Positions 48,964 through 58,900 of a DNA stretch of 64,000 nucleotides are shown piece by piece. The stretch is from an uncultured Acidobacteriota bacterium (GTDB taxonomy: Bacteria; Acidobacteriota; Thermoanaerobaculia; Multivoradales; SZUA-115), in assembly GCA_963805975.1 (NCBI GenBank), contig CAWDVR010000002.1:928001-992000 (forward strand). Direction: 5' to 3'. The notes under the pieces were generated by a model. That model was not told where the DNA came from. It ran no database searches and was given only the letters and a program-made list of their open reading frames with translations. Position numbers and translations under genes: made by a program. Numbering within the stretch: the stretch's first letter is position 1; every line of letters starts with the position of its first letter.

Positions 48964-50421
48964 CTACGCCTTGACCACCGCCAAACGCAGGATGAGCCCG
49001 GCGAGCGCCACGTCCGGCTCGTGGCTCGCACCCTTGAGGCGCAGCTCGGTCTCGAGCACCGCCCACGGCAGGGTCGCGGCCTCCGCCTCCGGCAACCGGC
49101 AGGCGGCGAGATAGGCCTTGTACAGCCGGTAGGGCTTCAGGCCGGCGAGCGGGCTCTTGCGGCCGTTCGGCAGCGCCTTGGCGAAGGCCGGCGCGTGGTG
49201 GCTCTCGAAGCGCTTGAAGTTGCGCTCCCCGGCCGGCACGCCCGCGAGAAGCATGATGCCGCGGATCGCCGTGATCTGCCGGCAGAGCGCGGCCAGGAGC
49301 GCGAAGAACGACAGCCGGGTCGCCACCGGGTCCTCCGCCGCGGAGAGCAGCCGCGCGTAGCGCTCCAAGGCCTCGCCGGCGCGGCCCGAGCCGATCGCGT
49401 CGAGGATCTGCCACACGTCCTCCTGGCCCCGGTCCTCGACCGCAGCCTCCACCATCGCGCGGTCGATCGTCCGCCGTGCCGGCGCCCCGGCGCTCTTTCC
49501 CTCGACGATCGGCGCCAGGTGCGCGAGCTTGCGGTACTCGCCGGCGAAGCGGCCCGTGGACTCGGCCTCCGCCGCGCCCTCGCGTTCGCTGCGCAGGGTG
49601 CGGCGCACCAGCTCGGCCAGGGCGCCCCGCTCGATGCCCACGCCGGTCTCCCGCGCCAGCTCGGCGGCCAGCGGCTCGACGCCGGCGAAGCTGCCGCCCC
49701 GCTCCGCCTTGACCTCGCCGGCGGCGGCCATCGCGCCGCGCGCCGCGAGCGCGGCGACGACCGGGTGGTCCGCCGCCACCGACCGCTCGGCCAGCACCAG
49801 CGCGTGGCCCGGCGGGAAACCCTGCTCGAGGGCGGCGGCGAGCTCCGCCTGGTCGCCTTCCGGCGCCCCGCCGAGCCCCGCCTCGCGGGCTGCCGCGAGC
49901 AGCTCGGCGAGGCCCTCGGCCAGCGCCTCGACCTCTTTCTTCGTCCGCCCGCGCGGCTTGCGCTGCCGCACGCTCTTGCCTCCCTCGAGCGCCCAGGAAG
50001 GCAGGGCACCGATCGCGGCTTGCGGCTCGGCCGCCTGGGGATCGACGCCGAAGAGGCGCAGCGCCTGGAGCAGCCGCGAGGCACCGTGCCGGGAGCGGCT
50101 GGCGAGCCCGCCCTCGCCCACCGGCAAGGCGGCCTCGGCGTCGTCCACCAGGTCGGCCGCGGCCGAGCGGTCCGCCAGCACCGCGGTGTCCACCGCCAGC
50201 ACCACCTTGGCGGCGCCGAAGAGCGAGAAGGTCCGCAGGTCGCCGAGCACCTCGGCGAGGCGCGGCGGGTGCCGCCGGATCTCGACCTCGCAGCCGGTCT
50301 TCTCCGCCAGCGCCTTGGCCAGGCGCTCGGCGGCCGGCACAGCGAGCACGAGGTCGCCGTGCACCAGGTAGACGGGCTGGGGCGGCCCGGCAGCCACCGC
50401 CTCGAGGAGCCGTTCGATCAT
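48964..50421 (-). CDS. DNA polymerase III delta subunit (HolA)-like protein, atypically long
   Basis: PVYLVHGD, LRTFSLFG, VWQILDAI, LETELRLKG motifs of HolA. Confidence 0.6.
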   Translation of the reverse strand: MIERLLEAVAAGPPQPVYLVHGDLVLAVPAAERLAKALAEKTGCEVEIRRHPPRLAEVLGDLRTFSLFGAAKVVLAVDTAVLADRSAAADLVDDAEAALPVGEGGLASRSRHGASRLLQALRLFGVDPQAAEPQAAIGALPSWALEGGKSVRQRKPRGRTKKEVEALAEGLAELLAAAREAGLGGAPEGDQAELAAALEQGFPPGHALVLAERSVAADHPVVAALAARGAMAAAGEVKAERGGSFAGVEPLAAELARETGVGIERGALAELVRRTLRSEREGAAEAESTGRFAGEYRKLAHLAPIVEGKSAGAPARRTIDRAMVEAAVEDRGQEDVWQILDAIGSGRAGEALERYARLLSAAEDPVATRLSFFALLAALCRQITAIRGIMLLAGVPAGERNFKRFESHHAPAFAKALPNGRKSPLAGLKPYRLYKAYLAACRLPEAEAATLPWAVLETELRLKGASHEPDVALAGLILRLAVVKA

Positions 50422-50439
50422 CACGGGATCTTAGTGCCG

Positions 50440-51432
50440 CTAGAGCCGGCCGACGAAATGCGTGCCCGCCGTGCCGTCGAGCGCCTCACCCAGCTTCTGC
50501 GGGCTGGTGATGAGGCCCCGCCGCCCGCCCCGCGCCAGGAACTGGTGGACGGCCTCCACCTTGGGGCCCATCGAGCCCGCCGGGAAGTGCCCCTCGCGGA
50601 TGTAGCGCTCGCACTCGGCCATCGTCACCGCCCCGAGGACGAGCTCGTTCGGCTGGCCGAAGTGGAGCGCTACGCCGTCCACCGCCGTCAGGATCACCAG
50701 CAGGTCCGCGCCGACGTCGATGGCCAGCACGCTCGCGGTCAGGTCCTTGTCGATCACGGCTTCGACGCCCACGTAGTCGTCGTTCGCCGACTTCGTCACC
50801 GGGATACCGCCGCCGCCGCCGGCGATGACGATGTGCCCGGAGCGGGCGGCTTCGTGGACCATGCCGCGTTGGATGACCTTGAGCGGCTTGGGCGAGGGAA
50901 CGAGGCGCCGCCATCCGCGGCCCGCCTCCTCCCCCACCTTCCAGCCCAGCCGCTCCGACAACGCGCGGGCCTCGGCCTCGCTCATCGAGGGCCCGACCGG
51001 CTTGGTGGGCCGGTCGAACGCCGGGTCCAGTCGATCGACGACCACCTGCGTGACCACCGTCACCACGTAGCGGCGCAGGCCGCGGGCCCGCAGCTCGTTG
51101 AGCAGCGCCATCTGCATGAAGTAGCCCAGGCTGCCCTCGGTCTGGGCCACGAGCACCTCGAGCGGCAGGGCCGGGACCTGGTCGCGCGCCAGCTCGGTCT
51201 GGGTCAGCAGGTCTCCCACCTGCGGGCCGTTGCCGTGGGTGATGACGATGTTGTAGCCGCGCTCGACGAAGGTCATCAGGTGGTGGCCCACCTGCCGCGC
51301 GTTGCGGGTGTGCTCCTCGTAGGTGCCGCGCTCGCCGGGTTGGAGAAAGGCGTGCCCGCCCATCGCCACCACGACGGTGGGGGCTCCGGTGCCCCGGGTG
51401 GGCTGGGTCGGTGGGTTGGGGATCACGGCCAT
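50440..51432 (-). CDS. arcC: Carbamate kinase
   Basis: VVAMGGHA, THGNGPQVG, TKPVGP, GWRRLVPSP, GGGGIPV, EAVIDKD, GSMGPK. Confidence 0.92.
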   Translation of the reverse strand: MAVIPNPPTQPTRGTGAPTVVVAMGGHAFLQPGERGTYEEHTRNARQVGHHLMTFVERGYNIVITHGNGPQVGDLLTQTELARDQVPALPLEVLVAQTEGSLGYFMQMALLNELRARGLRRYVVTVVTQVVVDRLDPAFDRPTKPVGPSMSEAEARALSERLGWKVGEEAGRGWRRLVPSPKPLKVIQRGMVHEAARSGHIVIAGGGGGIPVTKSANDDYVGVEAVIDKDLTASVLAIDVGADLLVILTAVDGVALHFGQPNELVLGAVTMAECERYIREGHFPAGSMGPKVEAVHQFLARGGRRGLITSPQKLGEALDGTAGTHFVGRL

Positions 51433-51467
51433 GGGTCCCGCCTGGCGGGAGACGAGGCTGTCGAGCG

Positions 51468-52919
51468 TCAGCTCGGAGGAGCGGCCGGCTTGGGCTCGTC
51501 GAGGTCCGCCAGGTCCCAACCCTCGGGGCCCTCCCACACCGTGGCCTCCGCCAGGCCCAGAACCTCGGCCGAGACGTGCTCCTCCTCGAAGTCCATCTCG
51601 ACGGAGCTCCAGGAGCCGCAGGCGTCGCAGCGGTCGCGCCAGTCCGGCTGGGTGGCGCGGCAGACCCGGCACCGGTACTCGGCCTGCGCCAGCCCGAGCT
51701 GGCGGGCGCAGGTGGCGTAGCAGTCCACGGCCTCCCGCAGCTCGCCGCGCCGCTCCCGCAGGCGCCCGAGCACGTAGAAATAGGTCGGCGAGGTGCCGAT
51801 GCGGTCCGCCAGGCCCTCCAGCACCTTGAGCGCCTCGTCGTGCATCTCCAGCCGGTAGTAGAGGCGGCCGAGGAAGAAGCGCGGCAGGAGATCCTTGTCA
51901 CCCTCGGCGATCAGCCGGCGCAGCGTCTCGATGGCGCGCCGCGGCTCTTCGTCCTCGATGAAGTGGTCCTCGATGCGCTGCAGGAACACGGGGCTCCCCG
52001 TCCGCCGGTAGCCGCCGAGCCAGGTGTCGATGGCGGCCGGTTCGTCCTCGGCCAGGAGCTGGGCCTCCCCGAGCATGATCGCCGCCGGGATGAAGCGGGG
52101 CTCGCGCTCGAGCAGGCCGCGGAAGGTGCCCATCGCCGCCGCGGCGTCCTCGGCCTCGAGCTCGGCCACCCCGCGTTCGTACTCGAGCCCCAGCTTGACG
52201 CCGGCCTCGCGCTCGAGCTCCTCGGCCCGCAGCCCGGACGCGGCAGCGGCCTCGGTGGGAGCCATGGCCTCGATCTGACGCTGGAAGTCGCTCGCCTTGG
52301 CGAACTGCCGGGCACCGAGGGCCGCGTTGCGCCGCCGGCGCAGCACCGAAAGCCCGAAGCTCGGGAAGTCGCGCAGCAGGCGGTTGCGGATCTCCCTCGC
52401 CACCTCCCCCTCGCCGCGGCTCTCGTAGTCCTCGGCGAGCTGGTAGAGGAGGGCGGCGCTCGTCGGGTACTCCACCGAGGCTCTCTGATGCACTTCCAGG
52501 GCCTCGGGGAGCCGTCCCAGGTGGCGCAGCACCTCGCCGTAGCGCAGCAACGGTGAGAAGTCCTTGGGGCGGGCCGCGAGCACCACCTCCAGCTCCGCCG
52601 CGGCGCGTGACCACTGGCCGTCCGCCTGGTAGTCCACGGCGCGACGAAAGCTCGCCTGGATGCTCTCGGCGTCGCGGCTCCGGCGGCGCTCGTCGCGCAG
52701 CGCGAGGTCGCGACGCACGCTCCCCACCAGGAGCACGGTCGTGGTGGGGACCAGGCCGAGCAGGAAGGCACCGAGGAGCGCCGCCCAGAGCGGTACCGTG
52801 GTCTCGGCGGCGAGCCGGAACGGCCGGTGGAACAGCTCCTGGTTCTGGTGGGTCAGATAGGAGGCGACGAAGATCGCCCCCAGGGCGATGAGCAGGCCCA
52901 GGTAGGTGCGGATTCGCAT
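51468..52919 (-). CDS. LapA-like TM domain fused to LapB/YciM-like TPR + rubredoxin protein
   Basis: Two N-terminal TMs with QN..P.L motif, TPR helices, C-terminal YRCRVC...RCDACGSW. Confidence 0.75.
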   Translation of the reverse strand: MRIRTYLGLLIALGAIFVASYLTHQNQELFHRPFRLAAETTVPLWAALLGAFLLGLVPTTTVLLVGSVRRDLALRDERRRSRDAESIQASFRRAVDYQADGQWSRAAAELEVVLAARPKDFSPLLRYGEVLRHLGRLPEALEVHQRASVEYPTSAALLYQLAEDYESRGEGEVAREIRNRLLRDFPSFGLSVLRRRRNAALGARQFAKASDFQRQIEAMAPTEAAAASGLRAEELEREAGVKLGLEYERGVAELEAEDAAAAMGTFRGLLEREPRFIPAAIMLGEAQLLAEDEPAAIDTWLGGYRRTGSPVFLQRIEDHFIEDEEPRRAIETLRRLIAEGDKDLLPRFFLGRLYYRLEMHDEALKVLEGLADRIGTSPTYFYVLGRLRERRGELREAVDCYATCARQLGLAQAEYRCRVCRATQPDWRDRCDACGSWSSVEMDFEEEHVSAEVLGLAEATVWEGPEGWDLADLDEPKPAAPPS

Positions 52920-52934
52920 CCTCGCCCGCCGGAT

Positions 52935-53477
52935 CTAGTTGGCGTGACCGCCCTCTTCCTCGAGCAGCCCCTTCTCGGCCAGCTCCTGGTACTCGATCGA
53001 GTAGCGGGCCCAGGGGACGGCCTGCAAGCGCGCGAGGGCGATGGGCTTGCCCGAGTGCTGGCAGAAGCCGTAGGTGCCGTCGTCGATGCGGCGCAGCGCC
53101 GCGTCCACCTCGATCACCTGCTCGCGCTCGGCGGAGGACAACGAGAACATCAGCTCGCGGTTGTAGGAGTTGTTGGCGCGGTCGACGATGTCGTCCGTGC
53201 CCTCCTGCGTCGCTTCCTGGCCGGCACGAACGTCGGCGGCGTAGAGGTCCACGATGCGCTGGCGCTTGTGGAGCAACTGCTCCTTGAGCGACGCCACCGT
53301 GTCCGCGGTCAGGATGTCGGCCGTGCTCGAGGCCTTGGCGCCTTGGGCGCCTTGGGGGCCAGGGGACCGGTTGGCGCTGGGAGCCGGGGTCGCGCTGTTG
53401 GTCTTGGTCGCGCTGCTCGCCTTGCTGGCGCTGGCGGCCTTGGGTTTGGGCTTCGCTTTGGTCTTCGTCTCGGCCAA
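52935..53477 (-). CDS. dksA: DksA/TraR-family transcription factor
   Basis: DxxDxA tip (DIVDRA), ALRRIDDGTYG.C, G.PI..ARL.AVPWA. Confidence 0.8.
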   Translation of the reverse strand: MAETKTKAKPKPKAASASKASSATKTNSATPAPSANRSPGPQGAQGAKASSTADILTADTVASLKEQLLHKRQRIVDLYAADVRAGQEATQEGTDDIVDRANNSYNRELMFSLSSAEREQVIEVDAALRRIDDGTYGFCQHSGKPIALARLQAVPWARYSIEYQELAEKGLLEEEGGHAN

Positions 53478-53512
53478 GTCTCGAATCTCCTATCCAATGT
53501 CCAAGGCGAAAA

Positions 53513-53983
53513 CTAGCCGCGATGATAGTTTATTCCGGCATCGATGCATAGCGCGCGGTAGAGCTGTTCGTAGAGCACTACACGCGCCAGCTCGTGCGGC
53601 AAAGTCAGGGGTCCGAAGGAGATCGCCTGGCGTGCACGGCTCGAGATCTCCTCGTCGAGCCCCAGGTCCGAGCCGAGCACGAAAGCGATCGCGTGCGGCC
53701 AGTCGCGCCGCAGGCGAGCGAGCTTGGCCGCGAAGGCTTCGGAGGACAACATCTCGCCGCGCGGGTCGAGAGCGATCATCCAGCTCTTGTCCGGCAGCGC
53801 TTCGAGGAGCGCCCGTCCCTCGGCACGCTTGCGGTCGGCCCCCTCCCCCGCGGTCCGCGCCTTGACGGCAAGGTCGCGCACCGGCAGGAAGCGCTCGATC
53901 TTGCGCCGGTAGTCGGCAGCCAGATCCTCCCAGGCCCGGCGCTGGTGCCGCCCGGCCCAGGCGATCACCAGCTCCCGGCTCAA
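53513..53983 (-). CDS. rlmH: 23S rRNA pseudouridine-1915 N3-methyltransferase
   Basis: LDPRG..LSSE.FA, FVLGS..GL, SFGPLTLPHELARVVLYEQLYRA..I..G..YH; TTG start overlaps def stop. Confidence 0.92.
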   Translation of the reverse strand: MSRELVIAWAGRHQRRAWEDLAADYRRKIERFLPVRDLAVKARTAGEGADRKRAEGRALLEALPDKSWMIALDPRGEMLSSEAFAAKLARLRRDWPHAIAFVLGSDLGLDEEISSRARQAISFGPLTLPHELARVVLYEQLYRALCIDAGINYHRG

Positions 53984-54525
53984 GGCTCCTCGGACGCGGC
54001 CTCGGCGTCCTCGGCCTGCTGCAGCTCTTCGAGGAATCCGAGGGACGTCATGTCCCGCATGCGGTCGAGATAGACGACGCCGTCCAGGTGATCGAGCTCG
54101 TGCTGGATGATCCGCGCCTCGAAGCCCTCTGCGCGCCGGGTGAACGGCCGGCCGAGGGCATCGAGGGCCGAGAGCTCCACCACCTCGTGGCGCGGCACCA
54201 GGCCGCGCAGCCCGGGGATCGAGAGGCAACCCTCCCAGCCCTCGACCAGGTCGCCGGGCACGGGCTCGAGCCGCGGGTTCACGGCTACCGTCAGCGGTAC
54301 CGGGGGCTCGCTGCCCTTGGCCTCGAAAACGAAGACGCGGGCCGCTTCCCCGACCTGCGGCGCCGCGAGGCCCACGCCCTCGGCCTCGTGCATGGTGTCG
54401 ACGAGATCCCGGACCAGGCGTAGGAGGTCGCGGGAGCCAAACAGGCTCTCGTCGACCGGCTGCGCCACGGCGCGGAGCACCGGCTCCCCGAGGCGGACGA
54501 TGGGCCGGACGGGCATCGGCGCCAT
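53980..54525 (-). CDS. def: Peptide deformylase
   Basis: GVGLAAPQ, EGCLS, QHELDH. Confidence 0.95.
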   Translation of the reverse strand: MAPMPVRPIVRLGEPVLRAVAQPVDESLFGSRDLLRLVRDLVDTMHEAEGVGLAAPQVGEAARVFVFEAKGSEPPVPLTVAVNPRLEPVPGDLVEGWEGCLSIPGLRGLVPRHEVVELSALDALGRPFTRRAEGFEARIIQHELDHLDGVVYLDRMRDMTSLGFLEELQQAEDAEAASEEP

Positions 54526-54543
54526 GCTATCGTGCCTCCCCTC

Positions 54544-55536
54544 ATGGCCGCCCTCTCCGACGAGGAACTAGAGCGGCGCAAGCGCCGCAAGCGGCTGCTT
54601 CAGGGCCTGGTGGTGGGCGCCGCCGCGATCGGCGTGCCGGCGCTCGCCAATGCCCTGATCCGGCGTCGCGCCGGCAAGCTCCCCTCGACCCCCTGGGGCC
54701 GCACCCAGCGCTACGCCTGGCGCGAGGGCGAGGTCCTCTTCCAGCGCCTGGGCCACGGGCCGCCGGTGGTCCTGCTGCACTCCTTCGGCCCCGGACACGA
54801 CGGCGAACAGTGGCGCGAGGTGGCGAGCCTGCTGGCCGACGAGCTGACGGTCTTCGTACCCGATCTCCTCGGCTGGGGCCGCTCGGAGAAACCGTCGCTG
54901 CCCTACGACGGCGAGCTCTACATCCAGCTCCTGGACGACTTCCTGGCCGACGTGGTGGGCCAGCGGGCGGTGGTGATCGCCGCCGGCCTCCCGGCGGCCT
55001 ACGCCGTGCAGATCGCCGTCGACACTCCCGAGCGGGTGCGCTGTCTGGGCCTCGTGGTGCCGCAGGGCCTCGAGGTCCACGGCGACGAGCCGGACTTGAA
55101 GGACGCCATCGTCCACCGGCTGCTCCGGCTGCCGGTGTTCGGCACCTCGGCGCTCAACGTCTACACCAGCCGCCCGGGGATCGCACACCACCTCAAGAGC
55201 GAGGTCTTCGGCTCCGCCGAGCGGGTGGACGACGCAGTGGTGGAGCGCCACTACGTGGCGAGCCATCAGCCCGGGGCGCAGGCGGCGCTCGCCGCGTACC
55301 TGGCGGGCTACCTGAACCACGGCGTAGGCGCCCTGCTGCCGCGGCTCGACGTGCCCGTGTGGCTGGCCTGGGGCGGCAACGCGACCTCGCCCCCGCTCAC
55401 CACCGCCGACCTCTGGCTGCGCCGCACTCAGGCGCCGCTCGAGATCTTCGAGCACGCCGGCAACCAGCCCCACGCCGAGTCCCCCACCGCCTTCACCAGC
55501 GCCCTCGTCGAGTTCTGGAAGAAGCTGCCGGAGTAG
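54544..55536 (+). CDS. Alpha/beta hydrolase fold protein (canonical GxSxG nucleophile absent)
   Basis: VVLLH, PDLLGWGRS, WG, AG..PH.E; AAGLP at the nucleophile elbow. Confidence 0.75.
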   Translation: MAALSDEELERRKRRKRLLQGLVVGAAAIGVPALANALIRRRAGKLPSTPWGRTQRYAWREGEVLFQRLGHGPPVVLLHSFGPGHDGEQWREVASLLADELTVFVPDLLGWGRSEKPSLPYDGELYIQLLDDFLADVVGQRAVVIAAGLPAAYAVQIAVDTPERVRCLGLVVPQGLEVHGDEPDLKDAIVHRLLRLPVFGTSALNVYTSRPGIAHHLKSEVFGSAERVDDAVVERHYVASHQPGAQAALAAYLAGYLNHGVGALLPRLDVPVWLAWGGNATSPPLTTADLWLRRTQAPLEIFEHAGNQPHAESPTAFTSALVEFWKKLPE

Positions 55537-55628
55537 GAAGGGCTGTCACAACCGGCCGCGCCAGTATCCGGCGCGCCGCTTCTGATGGGCGACAGCCAGG
55601 ATGCGAACGCGACCCGGTTCGAGCACAC

Positions 55629-55859
55629 TCACCCGAGCCGAGCCCGCACCTTCGCGAAGACCTCTTCGGCCGGCAAGCCCTGCACCCGCCCCTCGCGCAG
55701 CTCTGCCAGCCGGCGCTCGGCTTCCACGAGCCAGAGCCTTTCAATCTCTGCTTCGGAGGTCGGGTCGGCACTGACCCAGAGCATTTCGGCCAAGCGAATG
55801 CGGTCGTCGAGCGAGAGCTTCAACGCCTCGGATTCCAGCTCTTCCAGTGTCATCGGCAT
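55629..55859 (-). CDS. Putative addiction-module antitoxin (TIGR02574-like)
   Basis: ALKLS..DR..LAE.LW.S....EIE..W..EA.RR......G.V...PAEEV pattern; GGAG SD. Confidence 0.8.
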   Translation of the reverse strand: MPMTLEELESEALKLSLDDRIRLAEMLWVSADPTSEAEIERLWLVEAERRLAELREGRVQGLPAEEVFAKVRARLG

Positions 55860-55947
55860 CGCCGGTTCTCCATGAGTTCCATGATAACCCTCCCTGTGCG
55901 GCTACAATACGCCCCTTCCACCAGGCCCAGACAGGACATCCGCGACC

Positions 55948-58900
55948 ATGACCCGCAAGCCGTTCCCCGAGCTGCCCCCCGGCTACCCGTTCCCCGCCCT
56001 GGAGCGGGAGGTGCTGGAGCGTTGGCGGGAGCGGGGGATCTTCGAGAAGACCCTGGAGCAGACGCAGAGCGGCCCGAGCTTCGTGTTCTTCGAGGGCCCC
56101 CCCACCGCCAACAACAAGCCGCACGTGGGCCACGTGGTCACCCGCGCGGTGAAGGACCTCTTCCCCCGCTTCCGCACCATGCAGGGCTTCCACGTGGCGC
56201 GCAAGGCCGGCTGGGACACGCACGGCCTGCCGGTCGAGATCGAGGTCGAGAAGAAGCTCGGCTTCTCGGGCAAGGAGCAGATCGAGCAGTACGGCATCGC
56301 CGCCTTCAACCAGGCCTGCCTCGAGAGCGTCGACACCTACGAGCGCGACTGGCGGGCGATGACCGAGCGCACCGGCTACTGGCTGGACCTCGACCACGCC
56401 TACTACACCTATACCAACGACTACATCGAGTCCGTGTGGTGGGCGCTCTCCGAGCTCGCCCGGCGCGACCTCCTCGAGCAGGGCTACAAGATCCAGCCCT
56501 ACTGCGCGCGCTGCGGCACCACGCTCTCGAGCCACGAGCTGGCGCAGAACTACAAGGAGGCCGACGATCCCTCGGTCTGGGTGCTGTTCCCGGCGCGGCC
56601 CGGCCAGACCCTTCGCACCGTCGAGGGCGGGGACCTGGCGACCGGCCCCGAGCTGAAGCTCGTCGCCTGGACCACTACGCCCTGGACGCTTCTCGCCCAC
56701 GTCGGCCTCGCCGTCCACCCCGACCTCGTCTACCGCGTGGTCGCCCACCCGGACCCGGAGCGCGACGCGGCCGGCGAGAAGCTGCTCTTCGGCGATGCGA
56801 TTGGGACCCCGGTCCCCTTCGAGATGGCCGTCGAGGGCGGCAAGCGGAAGCGCCTCGACCTGCGCGACTTGCCGGCCGAGGCCAGGGTCCGGGGCCGCGA
56901 CCTCGAGGGGTTGGTGTACGACCGCCCCTTCGCCTTCGGTCCGTTCGACTTCGTGGGCGGCGGCGCGCCGGCTCCCGGCGAGCTCGACCCGCGGCAGCCG
57001 GAAGGCTGGAAAGCCGTCGAGGCGGCGGGCTTTCGCGTCGTGCCCGGCGACTACGTGACGGCCACCGAGGGCACCGGGCTGGTCCACACCGCGATCCCTT
57101 TCGGCGAGGACGACTACAAGACCGGCCAGCGCTACCGGCTGCCGGGCTTCGTGGCCGTGGACGAGGCCGGCCGCATCGACCGTCGTGCCGAGCCCTTTGC
57201 CGGCCTGTGGTTCAAGGACGCCGACCCCGAGATCCTCCGCGACTTGAAGCGCCGCGGCCTCCTGCTGCACGGCGACCGCTACGTCCACAACTACCCGTTC
57301 TGCTGGCGCTGCGACACGCCGCTCCTCTACTACGCCACCACGAGCTGGTTCATCAAGACCACGGCGAAGAAAGCCGAGCTGATCGAGAAGAACAAGACCA
57401 TCCACTGGCACCCCGAGCACGTGGGCGAGGGCCGCTTCGGCAATTGGCTGGAGAACGTGGTCGATTGGGCGCTGTCGCGCCGCCGGTACTGGGGCACGCC
57501 GCTCCCGGTCTGGCTCTGTGACGCCCCGGACTGCAAAGAGCGCCAGGTGATCGGCTCCTTCGCCGAGCTGTTCGCGGCCACCGGGCGCCCCCTGCCAGAG
57601 AACCCGTACGACCGCGAGCAGTTCGACCCGCACCGCCCGTACATCGACGAGCACACCTGGGCCTGCGCCGCCTGCGGCGCGGGCACCATGCGGCGCGTCG
57701 AAGAGGTGATCGACGCCTGGTTCGACTCCGGCGCCATGCCCTTCGCGCAGCACCACTACCCGTTCGAGAACCGCGAGCGTTTCGAGGGGAGCGAGGGCGA
57801 GCGGCAGTTCCCGGCGGACTTCATCTCCGAGGCCGTGGACCAGACCCGCGGCTGGTTCTACACGCTGCACGCGCTCGCCGTGCTGCTCTTCGACTCGGTG
57901 GCTTTCAAGAACTGCATCGTGATGGGCCACGTGACCGACGAGAAGGGGCGCAAGATGTCGAAGCGCCTGGGCAACGTGGTCGACCCCATGGCGGTGATCG
58001 AGGAGAACGGCGCCGACGCCCTGCGCTGGTACTTCTACGCCAACAACCCGGAGATCAGCTCGCGCTTCTCCTCGCGCTTGGTGCGCGAGTCCGCGCAAGG
58101 CTTCCTGCTGCCGCTCGCCAACGCGGTCTCCTTCTTCACCATCTACGCCAACCTGGACGGCTGGCGGCCGGGTGACGAGGCGCGGCAGACGCCGAATTTC
58201 GCCCGCCGCCCCGCCCTCGACCGCTGGATCCTGCTGCGGCTCGACCGCCTGGTGGCCGCGACCACCGAGCATCTGGAGGAGTACAGGATCCCGGAGGCGG
58301 CGCGCGGTGTCGAGGACTTCCTCGACGATCTCACCAACTGGTACATCCGCCGCAGCCGCGACCGCTTCTGGGCGCCGGCCGAGGGCGGTGACGAAGCAGC
58401 CAAGGAGAGCGCCTACCAGGCGCTCTACGAGGTGCTGACCACGGTGGTGAGGCTGCTGGCGCCGTTCATCCCCTTCTTCACCGACGTGCTGCACGGCCTC
58501 TTGGTGCGGAGCCAGGACGAGGGCGCTGCCGAGAGCGTTCACCTGGAGGCTTGGCCACGGCCGGCCGGCGACCGCGCGGACCACCCGCTCGAGGCCGGGA
58601 TGGCGGCGGTGCAGCGCATCGTCCGCCTGGGGCACGCGGCGCGCAACACCCATTCCCTGAAGACCCGGCAGCCCCTGGCCGGCGTCACGCTGGTGACCGC
58701 GGACGATTCGATCGCTGCCGTCATCGAGCCCTACCTCCCGCTCCTCCAGGAGGAGCTCAACGTGCACCAGGTGCGCTGGGCCGCCGACCGCTCGGAGTAC
58801 GTGCGCCACGAGGTGCGGCCCGTCTACCCCAAGTGCGGGCCTCGCTTCGGCAAGCGCATGGGCGCGCTCAAGGCGGCGCTCGAGGCTGCGGACGGCGACG

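Noticed and set aside
53330-53470. Low-complexity repeats at the dksA 5' end
   Set aside because: Ordinary disordered Lys/Ala/Pro tail without exact periodicity
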